Part shown: positions 1 to 9,989 of the stretch, piece after piece
Position numbering within the stretch: position 1 is the stretch's first letter
How the letters are laid out: the number at the start of each line of letters is the position of its first letter
Source: an uncultured Methylomirabilota bacterium
GTDB taxonomy: Bacteria; Methylomirabilota; Methylomirabilia; Methylomirabilales; 2-02-FULL-66-22
DNA length: 64,000 nt
Reading direction: 5' to 3'
NCBI GenBank assembly: GCA_963714585.1
Contig: CAVQPC010000044.1
Location: forward strand, 20,250-84,249
Position numbers and translations under genes: made by a program
The notes under the pieces: generated by a model
Told to the model about the DNA's origin: nothing
Databases searched by the model: none
What the model saw: the letters and a program-made list of their open reading frames with translations, nothing else

Positions 1-2
1 TC

Positions 3-542
3 GCCCCGCCGCGGAGCGGTGCCATCCGGTTCCAGGACCAGGGGATCGCGGGCACCGCGCCCGAGGGGATCGGACGTCTGGGGGTCGGCCTGGTGCCCCA
101 GGGCCGCCGCATCTTCCCCAACCTCACCGTGCTGGAGAATCTCCTCATCGCCCGGCGCAACGGGAAGGGTCGATGGGACGTGGCCTCGGTCTTTCGACTA
201 TTCCCAAAGCTCGAGCAGCTCACGGGCCGGCGGGGCGAGAACCTGAGCGGCGGCGAGCTGCAGATGCTGGCGATCGCCCGGGCCCTCATGGGCAATCCGC
301 ACCTCCTGCTGCTGGACGAGCCCTTCGAGGGGCTGGCGCCTGCCGTGGTGGAGGACGTGTGGCGCGCGCTGGCCGAGATCCGAGGCAGCATGACGCTCCT
401 GCTGGTGGAGCAGAACGCCGACTTGGCCCTGGCCCTCGGGGATCGGGCCTACGTGATCAACAATGGGGCCATCGAGTACACCGGCTTCAGCCAGACCCTG
501 CTCCACGATTATGACCTCCGCAAGAGGCTGCTGGGCGTGTAG
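3..542 (+). CDS. livF: Branched-chain amino acid ABC transporter ATP-binding protein (LivF-like), 5' end cut by window edge
   Basis: Frame-3 translation from base 3: ...GVGLVPQGRRIFPNLTVLENL...LSGGELQMLAIARALMGNPHLLLLDEPFEGLAP...LLVEQN. It has the ABC signature LSGGE, Walker B LLLLDEP and a LivF-type C-terminus. Confidence 0.85.
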   Translation, partial: APPRSGAIRFQDQGIAGTAPEGIGRLGVGLVPQGRRIFPNLTVLENLLIARRNGKGRWDVASVFRLFPKLEQLTGRRGENLSGGELQMLAIARALMGNPHLLLLDEPFEGLAPAVVEDVWRALAEIRGSMTLLLVEQNADLALALGDRAYVINNGAIEYTGFSQTLLHDYDLRKRLLGV

Positions 543-711
543 TTCAGGCGCCGACTCCTGTTGGCCGGCAGGTGGCTGCAACTTCCCTCCACCATATCGG
601 ACCCCAGCGTCGTAAATCGTGACGATCGGACGTTGAACCGCGGTGGACTGGAGATGCTCAGGCAGTGGCTGGTGCGGCCGGTGGCCGAGCCTGGAGCAGA
701 GATGGATCGCC

Positions 712-1698
712 ATGGCCTGCGCTGATCAGCGCCGACCGGATGACGCCCTCGGCCGGACCTACGTCCTCCTCCTGTTGGCCATCCTGCTCTGGGGGGGGTC
801 GCCGGTGGCGGGGAAGCTGGCGGTCCGCGAGATCCCGCCCGTCACCGTGGGCGTGTTGCGCTACGGCTCGTCGGCGGCCATCCTCATCGCCCTCTTCTGG
901 AGCCGGCTGCCGGACCGGCGGAGACTGCGCCGGCGGGACTGGTGGCTGCTCACGACGGTGGGGATGCTGGGGACGTTTCTCAACCACATCTTCTTTTACT
1001 GGGGACTGGTCCTGGCGCCGGCCTCCCACGCGGCGATCCTCTCTCCCACCACGAGCCCCATCTGGACGATGTTGTTCGCGGCATGGCTTGCAGGCGAGCG
1101 AATCACGCGCAGCCAGGTCGTGGGGGCGTTCTTGTGCGTGCTGGGCGTGATCCTCGTGGCGCAGTCCGACGTCTTGGCCCCCCTCCGGGGAGGACGGGAG
1201 GTGCTGGGAGACGGGCTGCTCCTCCTGAGCGGCCTCGCCTGGGGCCTTTACTCCTTCGTGTCCAAGCTCGCCATGCGGCACCTGAGCGCGGTCGCCACGC
1301 TGGCCTACGGGATGGCGATCGGCACCCTGTGCCTGGTCCCCGTGGCGCTTCTGGAACAGCCGTGGAGGGCGCTCCGCGCCGCCTCTCCCGAAGCCTGGCT
1401 CTCGGTCGCCTATGTCACCCTGGCATGCACGGTCCTGGCCTCGTTCTGGTGGAACCTGGCCATCCAGCGGATCGGGGCCGGGAAGACGGCGATCTTCGGT
1501 AACCTCACCCCGGTCGTGGGGGTGTTCCTGGCGTGGTGGGTCCTCGGCGACCAGTTGGCGGCCGTTCAGCTCTTCGGCGGCCTCCTGACGGTCGCCGGAG
1601 TCTGGGTCTGCCAGGGGCCGGGCATGCTTCGCGCGGCGTTCGGACGAGCCAGATTCACCTACGAAGGCGTCGCGGGAGGAAGCGGCGGGAAGCGATGA
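712..1698 (+). CDS. EamA/DMT-superfamily transporter
   Basis: ORF 643..1698. The internal ATG at 712 precedes about 10 hydrophobic segments with a duplicated EamA-like layout (LLLLAILLWGGSPVAGK...; LLLLSGLAWGLYSFVSK...). Start choice is uncertain. Confidence 0.8.
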   Translation: MACADQRRPDDALGRTYVLLLLAILLWGGSPVAGKLAVREIPPVTVGVLRYGSSAAILIALFWSRLPDRRRLRRRDWWLLTTVGMLGTFLNHIFFYWGLVLAPASHAAILSPTTSPIWTMLFAAWLAGERITRSQVVGAFLCVLGVILVAQSDVLAPLRGGREVLGDGLLLLSGLAWGLYSFVSKLAMRHLSAVATLAYGMAIGTLCLVPVALLEQPWRALRAASPEAWLSVAYVTLACTVLASFWWNLAIQRIGAGKTAIFGNLTPVVGVFLAWWVLGDQLAAVQLFGGLLTVAGVWVCQGPGMLRAAFGRARFTYEGVAGGSGGKR

Positions 1699-1786
1699 CG
1701 GATGGGCAGGCTGCGTACTGTTCAATGGGCTCAACCAGACCGAGCCGCTGCCGTTCGGCCTGCCTGAGGGGAAAGGATAGACGAGG

Positions 1787-4700
1787 ATGCCGTCAAACAT
1801 TGCCGGGGGATTCTCATCCCTCCACGATCCGTACTGGAACGCCGAGGATTACGTCCGCTGTGTGGATCACCCCTCGCCGGATGTTCGCCAGTGGGCCCTG
1901 GAGCGCCTGGAGGAACTCGGGCTGGAGATCCCTGAAGAGATCCTCCGGCGGCGGCTCGATGATCCGGCGGAGCCTGTGGCGCACCTGACCGCCCTTCTGG
2001 CTGGCCGCCTGGAGGCGACGAGCCTCACCGATGCCTTGCTGGCCCGTCTAGAGCGGGCCGAGGATGCCGTCGGGGCTGCCTGCGCGGAGAGCCTCGCCCG
2101 CCTGGGGGACCAGCGGATTGTGAGTCTGATTCGCCGGCGGAGCCATCTCCCCGTGGAGGGCCGTCACCCGAGGATCTGGTGGGCCCTCTCCGAGTTGAAA
2201 GGATCCGAGGCGCAGGACCTCCTCCTGGAGGCCTTCGGCAGGCTCTCTTCAGAGGCCAGCGCCCCCACGGTGTCCATCTTATCCGAGGCCCTGGTGCTCG
2301 CCGACCCAGCGCGAGGGATCCCACAGGTCGTACGCCGGTGGGCGGGGCAGGCGGATGGTGCCCAGGCCGACGCCCTCCTGCACGGACTGCTGCTGCTCTG
2401 CGCCTTCCCCGAGGGACCGGACGCGCTCCGCGACGCGCTGGAACCTGACCAGGAGTCGCCGGATGTCGCACTTCCCGAGGAAATCCTGGATGACCTCTCC
2501 GATCTGCTGCCCCTCGGCCCACTCCGCGACATCCGCACATTCTGTCGTCGCCGCAAGTGGGCCCGGGCCATGGCGGCCCTCATTCCCCTGGCAGAGCCGC
2601 TGGCTTCGCGCGCCCCTCAGGAGGGCGATGCGGCACTCGCGCTACGTCTCAGTCGAGCGCTGGCGGAGTCTGCGGAGAGCATCCGCCGCACCGAGGAAAA
2701 GTGCCGCGATGCCGTGGGGCTGCTGCTCCTGGCGCTGGATCAAATTGCCCGGGCCGGCAGGGAGGCGGGCCTGGCCCTCCCGGAAAGTCTGGACGGCCAG
2801 CTCCGGTGGCTCCTGAGCGATGCCGCCCTTCCCCATCCGGAGGGCCAGGCCGCAGTTGTGAGCCGGCTCGTGGCGGCGGGCCCGGCTGAAGGCTGGGAGC
2901 GGATGTGCATTCAATCCGTCGACCGGCGGGCTGCCCAGGGGGCCATGGCCGCCAGCCTCCTGGGGGCCTGGCGGTCGGAGGAGGCGATCCCCACCCTCGT
3001 GGGCGCCCTGACCGCCGGCGAGGACGCGGAACTGCCGGCCGCGGCGGGAGAGGCCCTGGTAAACATCGGAGGGCCTGCCACGGAGGGGGTCTTACAGGCG
3101 CTGACCTCGGCGCAGGATCCCCGCGTCCTCGAGGAATGTCTCGACGTGTGCATCCGGCTGCCCTCACGGCGGGTCGTCACAGCGATCGCCCGGCGGTTCG
3201 CGGACCTGTTCATCCTGATTCCCGAGGCGCTCTTGGATGCGGTGGGGCGGATCGGCGCCCGGGAGTTCGTGGAACCCCTGCGCGCGGAGGTCCGGGAGGG
3301 CGAGCGGCAGGCCGAGGATACCTTCGCCTTCCTGTGCGACCTGCATGGAATTTCCGATGATCGCTTGCCCGCCATCCGCGAGCGACAGAAGAAGGAGGCG
3401 TCCCGCGCGGCGGCGAGCGAGGAGGCCCTGCCGGAGTTCGCCGCGGACCACATCGACCTGGCCCTGCAGTGCAACGGCTGTCGCCGAACGTACACCTACG
3501 CCGTGCGGGAGGTGTACGTGGATCCCGAGGCACCGGAGGGCGAAGCGCTCCAGCCCTTCATCAAGGATTCCATCCGCTGCAAGGGCTGCGGGCGCGAGGA
3601 CGACCATGTCTTGGCCCCCGCGGCGCAGCTTGCGCTCATGGGGCGGCTCCTCTGGCTCTTGGCCCGGATCGAGAAAGAAGGTCCCGGAGCCGGAGCCGAG
3701 GGCCCTTTGTTTCTCATGCGGATGGGGTTGACCGACGGGCGGCGGATGGGCCCGCGGGAGGCGCGGCGCGACTACGAGGCGCGCCTCGCCGAGCGTCCCG
3801 ACGACCCGGGCCTTCACATCGGCTACGGGAACATTCTGCGATTCCTGGAGGAGACGGAGCGGGCCGAGGCGGCGTATCGGCGCGCCCTGGAACTGGACCC
3901 CCAGGCCGTCGAGGCCCATGCCAGCCTGGGGGATCTGGACGAGGCGCGGGAAGATCTGGCCGCGGCGAGACGCGCATTCCAGACCTGCCTTGCCCTCGGG
4001 CGGCGGGCCCGCTTCTATCACGTCGAGGACCGCCGCGCATTCGTTCAGACGATAGAGCAGAGGCTGGAGAGCGTCGAGGGGTCGATGGCGATGCGACCTG
4101 CGGAGCCGGCGCCGGCCAAGGCGCGACTCGATGCCCTCATCGCCCAGGACCAGGCCAAGCCGAAGGTTGGCCGCAACGACCCCTGCCCGTGCGGGAGCGG
4201 GAAGAAGTACAAGAAGTGCTGCCTCCTCAAACAGTCGGCCGCACCCGCCGCGAGCCGGCCGAGCGGCCCGGATTCTCGCCTCCAAGAGCGCCTCCACGCT
4301 TACCTCGAACACTCGCTGCCCAAATCCGAAGTCTATCGCGCCATGCGGGAGTACTTCGGACAGCGTCTGGACGCGGACGAGGGGACGCTGGAGTTCGCCC
4401 CGGAGGCGCTCGATGCAGAGTGGCCGGCGTTTATGGAATGGTTTCTCTACGACTTCCGCCTGTCCGGCGGGCAGACCCCCATCGCGAGATTCCTGGCCGA
4501 GCGGGGCCACAGTCTCCCTCCCGATGAACGGGCGATCCTGGCGGAGTGGCAGGAGGCCGCGGTCGGCCTCCAGGAAGTGGTGGGCCTGGATCCGGGGAAG
4601 AGCTTGACCCTCCGGGACGTCTTCACCGGGGAGACGGTCCAGGTCCGGGAGGTTCGGGGCTCCCTGTCCGCCGCACGATGGGACCTGCTCAGCAATCGGC

Positions 4701-5630
4701 TGATCCGGGTCCAGGGGCAGCCGCAGCTCGCCGGGGCGGGCATCCTGTTCCGCCCGTCCGACCGGGCAGGGCTGGTGCAGCACGTCACGGCGCGGTACGA
4801 GACCTTCCGACGCGAGCACCCCGAGGCCTCCTGGCGGGAGTTCTTCCGGGCGGAACCCGCTCATCTTCCGCCGCTACGCCGACCAGTTGGCGCGCGAGTA
4901 TCGCCCTCCCGCGCTGTACACGCCCGAGGGGCATGCCGTCGTCCTGGGCAGGCTGCGCTATGCGGTGCGGGACAGCAGCCGGCTGCGGGCAGCCCTCTCG
5001 GCGGCCCCGGACTTCGAGGAGACGACGCAGGCCGGTGATCCGGCGGGCACCCGGCACTACGCCTGGCTGCGCACGGGCCCGGCGGAGGGCTACGTCACTG
5101 AGGCCCCGCGCTCAGAAGACGGGATGACACTCACCAGCCAGAGGATCGAGGGGTCTGGGAGGCCGGGGCCCGCGGGGCTGGCCAGCTTGACGCTCACCCA
5201 CGACGAATTGACGGTCGAGGCTCTGTCGGCCCAGCGACTGGCCTGGGCCAAGGCCCGTTTGGCCGACTTGGCCGGCGACGCCCTCAGCCTGCGGGCCGAC
5301 GTGGTGGAGGATGTGTGGCGGAAGGTCGAAGCGTCGGCAAAGAGCGGGCGCATGGAGAAACCAGCCTCGGAGATCCCTCCCGAGGTGCAGAGCCGCCTCC
5401 TCGGACAGACCCTGCACCGCCACTTCAAGACCTGGCTGGACGAGGGGATCCCGGCTCTGGAGGGCCGGACGCCGAGGGCCGCAGCGAAAGATCCCCGCCT
5501 TCGCCCGGAGCTGATCCAACTGCTGCGCGAGATCGAGAACCACCAGGATCAGGCCCGCCAGCAAGGGCAGGCCTGGTACGACATCGCCTGGATGTGGGAG
5601 GAGCTGGGAATCAGCCGCACGGAGGCCTGA
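1787..5630 (+). CDS. Large HEAT-repeat / TPR / SEC-C-motif protein, reading frame broken near 4859
   Basis: The 1083-aa ORF (1787..5038) and the 247-aa ORF (4887..5630) join as ...WREFFRAEP | LIFRRYADQLAREYRPPALY... if one base near 4859 is ignored. N-terminus has HEAT-like helical repeats. A TPR-like segment reads YRRALELDPQAVEAHASLGDL. The SEC-C motif is GRNDPCPCGSGKKYKKCC. The tail reads WLDEGIPALEGRTPRAAAKDPRLRPELIQLLREIE. Confidence 0.6.
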
Positions 5631-5707
5631 CGCGATGGCCTGGCAATGGCCGGATCCCCATCTCCGTCTCACTGGAATCAAGCGACGATAAGCCTCTCTT
5701 CATCATG

Positions 5708-5736
5708 TTGACACTGTGTACACATTCTGCTAGGGT
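5708..5736 (+). promoter_or_regulatory. Sigma70-like promoter TTGACA-17-TAGGGT with embedded 10-bp palindrome TGTGTACACA (candidate antitoxin operator)
   Basis: TTGACA at 5708-5713, 17-nt spacer, TAGGGT at 5731-5736. A perfect palindrome TGTGTACACA lies at 5715-5724 inside the spacer. GGAGG lies about 8 nt before the Phd ATG at 5758. Confidence 0.5.
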
Positions 5737-5757
5737 GCCATGCTGGAGGGATCGAAC

Positions 5758-6051
5758 ATGGCGAAAGCGAGTGTGCTCGGGGTGCGGGAAGCGCGGGCGC
5801 GGTTCTCAGAGCTGGTAGAGAGCGCTCAGTTTCGTGGTCAGGAGTTCCTGATTGAGCGGGCTGGCAAGCCATTCGCCGTCATCATCGGGGCCGATCGGTA
5901 TGCCGAGATGCAGAGCGAGTTGGCCACGCTACAGGAAGAGCGGAGCGCGGATGGGCGGAAGCGGCTCCGCCGAGCCAAGGCGGACATCGAGGCCGGCCGA
6001 CTCACCCCGCATGACGTGATCTTCCAGCGACTGGCGACGAAGAAAAAGTAG
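5758..6051 (+). CDS. Type II antitoxin, Phd/YefM family
   Basis: MAKASVLGVREARARFSELVESAQFRGQEFLIERAGKPFAVIIGADRYAEM... is a typical Phd/YefM N-terminal fold signature. The stop abuts the start of the downstream toxin ORF. Confidence 0.85.
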   Translation: MAKASVLGVREARARFSELVESAQFRGQEFLIERAGKPFAVIIGADRYAEMQSELATLQEERSADGRKRLRRAKADIEAGRLTPHDVIFQRLATKKK

Positions 6052-6313
6052 ATGCCGCGGATCTACTGGACCTCGGAGGCATCCGGCCAGCTTGCGGAGC
6101 TGGACGTGCGCAGCCAGCAGGCCATCCGGCGCCGCGTGGACATTCTGGCCGACTTTCCGTATGCCGGGGTTGCCTTGAAGCGAGAGCTGGGAGGGATTCC
6201 GAAAGCTTTCCGCGGCCCCACTCCCCTGGATCATCATCTACACGGTGCGCGACCCGGACACGGTGATCATCGGCTACCTCCGCCACGCTCGCAGTCTGTG
6301 GGAATCTCGTTGA
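6052..6313 (+). pseudogene. ParE/RelE-family toxin with a +1 frame break (about 6215-6227)
   Basis: Frame 1 reads MPRIYWTSEASGQLAELDVRSQQAIRRRVDILADFPYAGVALKRELGGIPKAFRGP.... The conserved C-terminus WIIIYTVRDPDTVIIGYLRHARSLWESR* continues in frame 2, with stop at 6311-6313. Confidence 0.7.
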
Positions 6314-7456
6314 CGCTGTGTGCTCCTCTTTATCCAAGAATCCGGTAGGCCCCTCGTTCGGAGGGCGGCTCCCCATCGGTGTTGTGTTGGGCGACGACGA
6401 TGCCAAGCATCGCAAGTCCCGTTGGCGTGCCTTCTCGGGTGGACGGTTCATGCGGTAACTTGACGTACTTGGCAACGCAACCCGCGCGAACCCCTTCGGG
6501 CTCACGGCCTGAGTGCCGCGGGCCTGGTGGCGGAGAAGAAATGGAATGTTTCATAACCTACCTACGTCCCTTTCTATAAAGCGCTCTCGCCATTTGGCGA
6601 TCTTGGCCCGTTCCTGAGCGAGGAACTTTGCGAGCCCCGTTGCGTTCTCATCCAAAAGCTTGGTCGAAGACTTCAAAATTGAATCCGCCGATCAGCCGAC
6701 CTTCTGCGTAGGGGGGCGCGTCAGTCGCTCCCGCCAATAGGCGATTGCCCTCTCTCCGACCTTGGTCGCGGCCGCGGTTCGAGGCATCGCTCCTCCCGCC
6801 GATGCGCCCAGAGAGGACCCCGGGCCAAGGCCTCGGGGAGGGCCTCTTCCCGTCGCGAACGGTAGGCCGGGGAACTGGGACCAGCAGTCCTAGCATGAGC
6901 TGAGAACGGCACGCAATCCAGGGATTCTCATCCACCCCGCCCCTCCCTGATTCAATCCGTTCCATCCCCCTCCCACCAAAGGTCCTGTACTCCCCACCCC
7001 CCGTGTTACCGAAACGGGGCCTTCCTGCACCGCCTGGCGAAATAAGTGCGGCCGGCTGCCGGCGTGATTACCCTCCGGGCCGCTGGCAACCTCCGAAGGA
7101 TTGGACGCCGTTCAAAAACTGGGGGGCGGCAAGGGTCCTTCCCCCTTGACAGCACCGACCACCGGGGTCAGATCCAACCAGATCGCAGGTACAATCTCTA
7201 CTTGATACCGTCACACAACCAAACACCTGCCCCCGGGGGAGGTTGCAGCCATCTTGAATCCCGACAGTCTCCGCGTAGCCGCGAACCTGACCGCCAAGTC
7301 GCAGGACCCTTCCAAGCCAAGACCCAAGGCTTCCAGGCCCAGGCCACTTTCCACATCTCCACGGCCACTCACCCGCAAGCGCCCATCTGTGCGACCGCGG
7401 TGGAGGTAACAGAACCCAAAACCTTCCGACGTACCTAAGAACTACCGGAGCTTCTG

Positions 7457-7828
7457 ATGAAGGAAGCGACCGCCATAGCCCTTGCACTTCTTGCCGTCTT
7501 CCTATCCAGCCGGGTCGGTACCTTTAGGTTCCTTCTTCAAAGCCTAAATCACCGGTCGAAGTGCCCCTCCAACTACCTCATTCCCAACTTGCGGTTCCTC
7601 TTCTATCACCTTCCGCTCTTCCTGCTTCTTCTCGGATCAACACTCCTCATCGAGCGTTGGGCCTCCCGCTTCGCCGTCATCGGGCTCGTGCTGCTTGCAT
7701 TCCGCTATGGTGTCTACCATGCTCGCCGCGAAGCTATTCACTCGATGGCTGCCCATCTCGTCCACACGGAAGGTCTGACCGCGCAGCTGCGCTCATCGAA
7801 GCCAAGCACATCATTAAGACGACCGTAG
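7457..7828 (+). CDS. Hypothetical small membrane protein
   Basis: The 123-aa ORF has three hydrophobic stretches, and GGAG lies 6 nt before the ATG. It sits in a more A/T-rich, otherwise non-coding-looking stretch. No recognisable family. Confidence 0.3.
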   Translation: MKEATAIALALLAVFLSSRVGTFRFLLQSLNHRSKCPSNYLIPNLRFLFYHLPLFLLLLGSTLLIERWASRFAVIGLVLLAFRYGVYHARREAIHSMAAHLVHTEGLTAQLRSSKPSTSLRRP

Positions 7829-7993
7829 AAACGAACCGGTATCTTAGGCGAACCGGTTGCTGAAATGGAGGCCAGACCACGGAGGAGTGGACCACAATGG
7901 GAACACTGAGATGGTTCGATGGCGTTGAGTCCGTTAGGTAACCCCCCGGCTCTGCCGGGCGACTCCCAGAGTTTGACAGTTCCGGGAAAATAC

Positions 7994-8561
7994 GAAAGCC
8001 TCTCGGGCCGTGAACCGCTCAAAGCTCACGCAGTCCCAAGAGGCTTTCATGGACGACAGCGAGAGCTTAGCCCACACCAAGTGGGAGTGCAAGTACCATG
8101 TCGTGTGGATTCCCAAGTATCGGCGGAAAGCCCTGTATGCCGAGCTCCGCAAGTACCTGGGGCCGGTGTTCCGCGACCTCACCCAGCAACGCGAGTGTAC
8201 GGTGGAGGAGGGGCACCTCCAGGTGGACCACGTCCACATGTTGATCGCACTTCCCCCGAAGTATGCCGTGGCCCAAGTGATCGGGTACGTGAAGGGCAAG
8301 AGTGCCATTCACATTGCCCGGACGTACTTGGGCCGCCGGCAGAACTTCACGGGCCAGAGCTTTTGGGCCCGAGGATACTACGTCTCCACGGTGGGCCGCG
8401 ATGAGGCCACGATCCGGGAGTACATCAAGAAGCAAGAGGCGGAGGACCAGCGCCTCGACCAACTCAATATCTTCGCGCGGTAACGCCACCTTCAGGTGGC
8501 GGTAGGTTGTCCAACCGCTTTGAGCGGTTCACATCTTTCAAGCCACCGGCTTTGCCGGTGG
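7994..8561 (+). mobile_element. IS200/IS605-family element (tnpA only) with flanking hairpins
   Basis: A Y1-transposase gene is bracketed by a 13-bp inverted pair: GAACCGCTCAAAG (8012-8024) and CTTTGAGCGGTTC (8518-8530). The stem GAAAGCCTCT (7994-8003) / AGAGGCTTTC (8039-8048) ends at the ATG. Three hairpins follow the stop: GCCACC-ttca-GGTGGC 8485-8500, AACCGC-tttga-GCGGTT 8513-8529, CCACCGGC-ttt-GCCGGTGG 8543-8561. Exact element ends are not determined. Confidence 0.7.
8049..8483 (+). CDS. tnpA: IS200/IS605-family transposase TnpA (Y1 / HUH transposase)
   Basis: MDDSESLAHTKWECKYHVVWIPKYRRKALYAELRKYLGPVFRDLTQQRECTVEEGHLQVDHVHMLIALPPKYAVAQVIGYVKGKSAIHIAR...FWARGYYVSTVG carries the HUH motif (HVHML) and the catalytic-Tyr region typical of IS200 TnpA. 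Confidence 0.9.
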   Translation: MDDSESLAHTKWECKYHVVWIPKYRRKALYAELRKYLGPVFRDLTQQRECTVEEGHLQVDHVHMLIALPPKYAVAQVIGYVKGKSAIHIARTYLGRRQNFTGQSFWARGYYVSTVGRDEATIREYIKKQEAEDQRLDQLNIFAR

Positions 8562-8926
8562 TAATTTGACTGTTCACGTTGCAGTTTGCCGCTGTTCTTC
8601 CATGAAGATACCAGCGGCGGTCGCACCTTATACGCACCGGCTGCCCCACTGGTGATTCGGTGTACTAACCCTAAGTGCGGCCACGAACAGGACTATTACG
8701 GCCGCGCGCACAAGAAGTTCAGTGTGAAGTCGCAGTGACGCGGAACAGACTGCGCCGAGCCCGAAAAGCTCCAGCCCCATGGGCTGGAGATCGCCGATTA
8801 CGTCCCGAGGGAACTCCGCCCACTAGCGGAGCGTAGGCTCCCCGTGCTCACCCGCTCGCCCCCCAGAGTTAGGGCGCAATTCGATTACGCAAGCGAAAGC
8901 TTCACATTCCTGTGCCCAGACTCGCC

Positions 8927-9127
8927 CTAGCCGTTACACAAAGGTGTTGATGGTCTGATTGTCAAGAGGCATGGCAGCCCAATCTCTGCCTTCGGTTAGA
9001 TTGCTTTCGCACCACGACATGTTTGCAGAAGATTTCTTCCCTGGCCAGCTACTCCCATCCGAGCAAGCAAATCCGTGGATTACCGACGAAGTGAAGATGG
9101 TCGTCAACACCTTTGTGTAACGGCTAG
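8927..9127 (-). repeat. Inverted-repeat element, copy 1 (201 bp, perfect 24-bp terminal arms, 9-bp flanking duplication)
   Basis: Left arm CTAGCCGTTACACAAAGGTGTTGA (8927-8950) is the exact reverse complement of the right arm (9104-9127). It is flanked by AGACTCGCC at 8918-8926 and 9128-9136. Confidence 0.8.
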
Positions 9128-9554
9128 AGACTCGCCCTTCTTGGGGAGCCATTCTGGTCCGAACATCGACCCGCGTCTCCGGTCCCTGCGCACCCGTGGG
9201 GTGCGACTCCCTCCGATCCTCACCTGTCCACTAGTTCGCTCGCCGATGGGGTCCGACTTGCCCGCGCGCGCTCCTCTCCACATCCCTACCGTCTCCCTTC
9301 GTTTCGTCCGCGCACCAGGTGCATGGCCTTGCCTCCTGGGTCGGTCGGTCGCGCTCGGGCGCTCGTCCCCCCCGCGCCCTCGCTCCCCGTTTTCCGGTAC
9401 AAGCTGGGGTTTCCCGTTCACAAGCTCGAAACCCGCCGTCCAAGCTGCCCCAGGTTGCCCCGATCTTCCCTCCCCCCTGCCTGGGCTACATCCTTTTTTC
9501 GGCCCGGAACCCCACCTCATCGGTTTTGTATTTGTAGCCCCCCGTGTTACTGTG

Positions 9555-9828
9555 CTAGCCGTTCACCAAAGGTGTTGATGTCGCTCGGCGAATCGGGGGT
9601 AACCCGTGGATCTGCCTACCAGAAGAGGAATGATCAGTCTGGGGGAATATCTTCCGTAGCGTTGCCGGCACAGCGGAGTGACGCAACCCTTGGAAATGAA
9701 GGCGCAGACCCCCGGCCGTACCCCTTGACATTCTGGTGTATCAACACCCTTGGTGAACGGCTCCGTTCTCCCCAGGAACGATCCACACTATTCTGCGATA
9801 GCAGCGCCGGTCTTTCCATATGGTCTAG
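9555..9828 (+). repeat. Inverted-repeat element, copy 2 (opposite orientation; arms at 9555-9578 and 9741-9762, extra 66 bp, 9-bp flanking duplication)
   Basis: CTAGCCGTTCACCAAAGGTGTTGA (9555-9578) pairs with TCAACACCCTTGGTGAACGGCT (9741-9762). GTTACTGTG abuts CTAG on both sides (9546-9554 and 9829-9837, after a second CTAG at 9825-9828). The first ~75 internal nt are homologous to the reverse complement of copies 1 and 3. Confidence 0.7.
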
Positions 9829-9989
9829 GTTACTGTGACGGAGGCACTAGGCGGTTCGCACGTCGATTCTACTTCCCAAGTCACACGCCACTGACAATAA
9901 TGCGCTTAAGTCGCCGCTCAGGAGGCACTTCGCTCTACTTGCAAGAAACATCCAACGAGCGTCGAGAACGCGGCCGTGAAGGAGATCAC

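Noticed and set aside
6314-7456. Possible genes in the stretch after the ParE remnant. One minus-strand reading is ...GRLIGGFNFEVFDQA / LLDENATGLAKFLAQERAKIAKWRERFIERDVGRL*. Another is a serine-recombinase-like ...YVKLPHEPSTREGTPTGLA... string.
   Set aside because: The fragments are short, span several frames, and match no motif convincingly. This is likely decayed mobile-element DNA, but I cannot support a specific call.
9128-9554. GC-rich non-coding-looking stretch between element copies 1 and 2, as a structured RNA gene (tmRNA, RNase P or 6S considered).
   Set aside because: None of the universal motifs I know were present, such as GGAAAGTCCGGGC / ACAGAACCCGGCTTA for RNase P or the tmRNA 5'/3' ends. 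Only generic local hairpins were seen. A covariance-model scan would be needed to say more.
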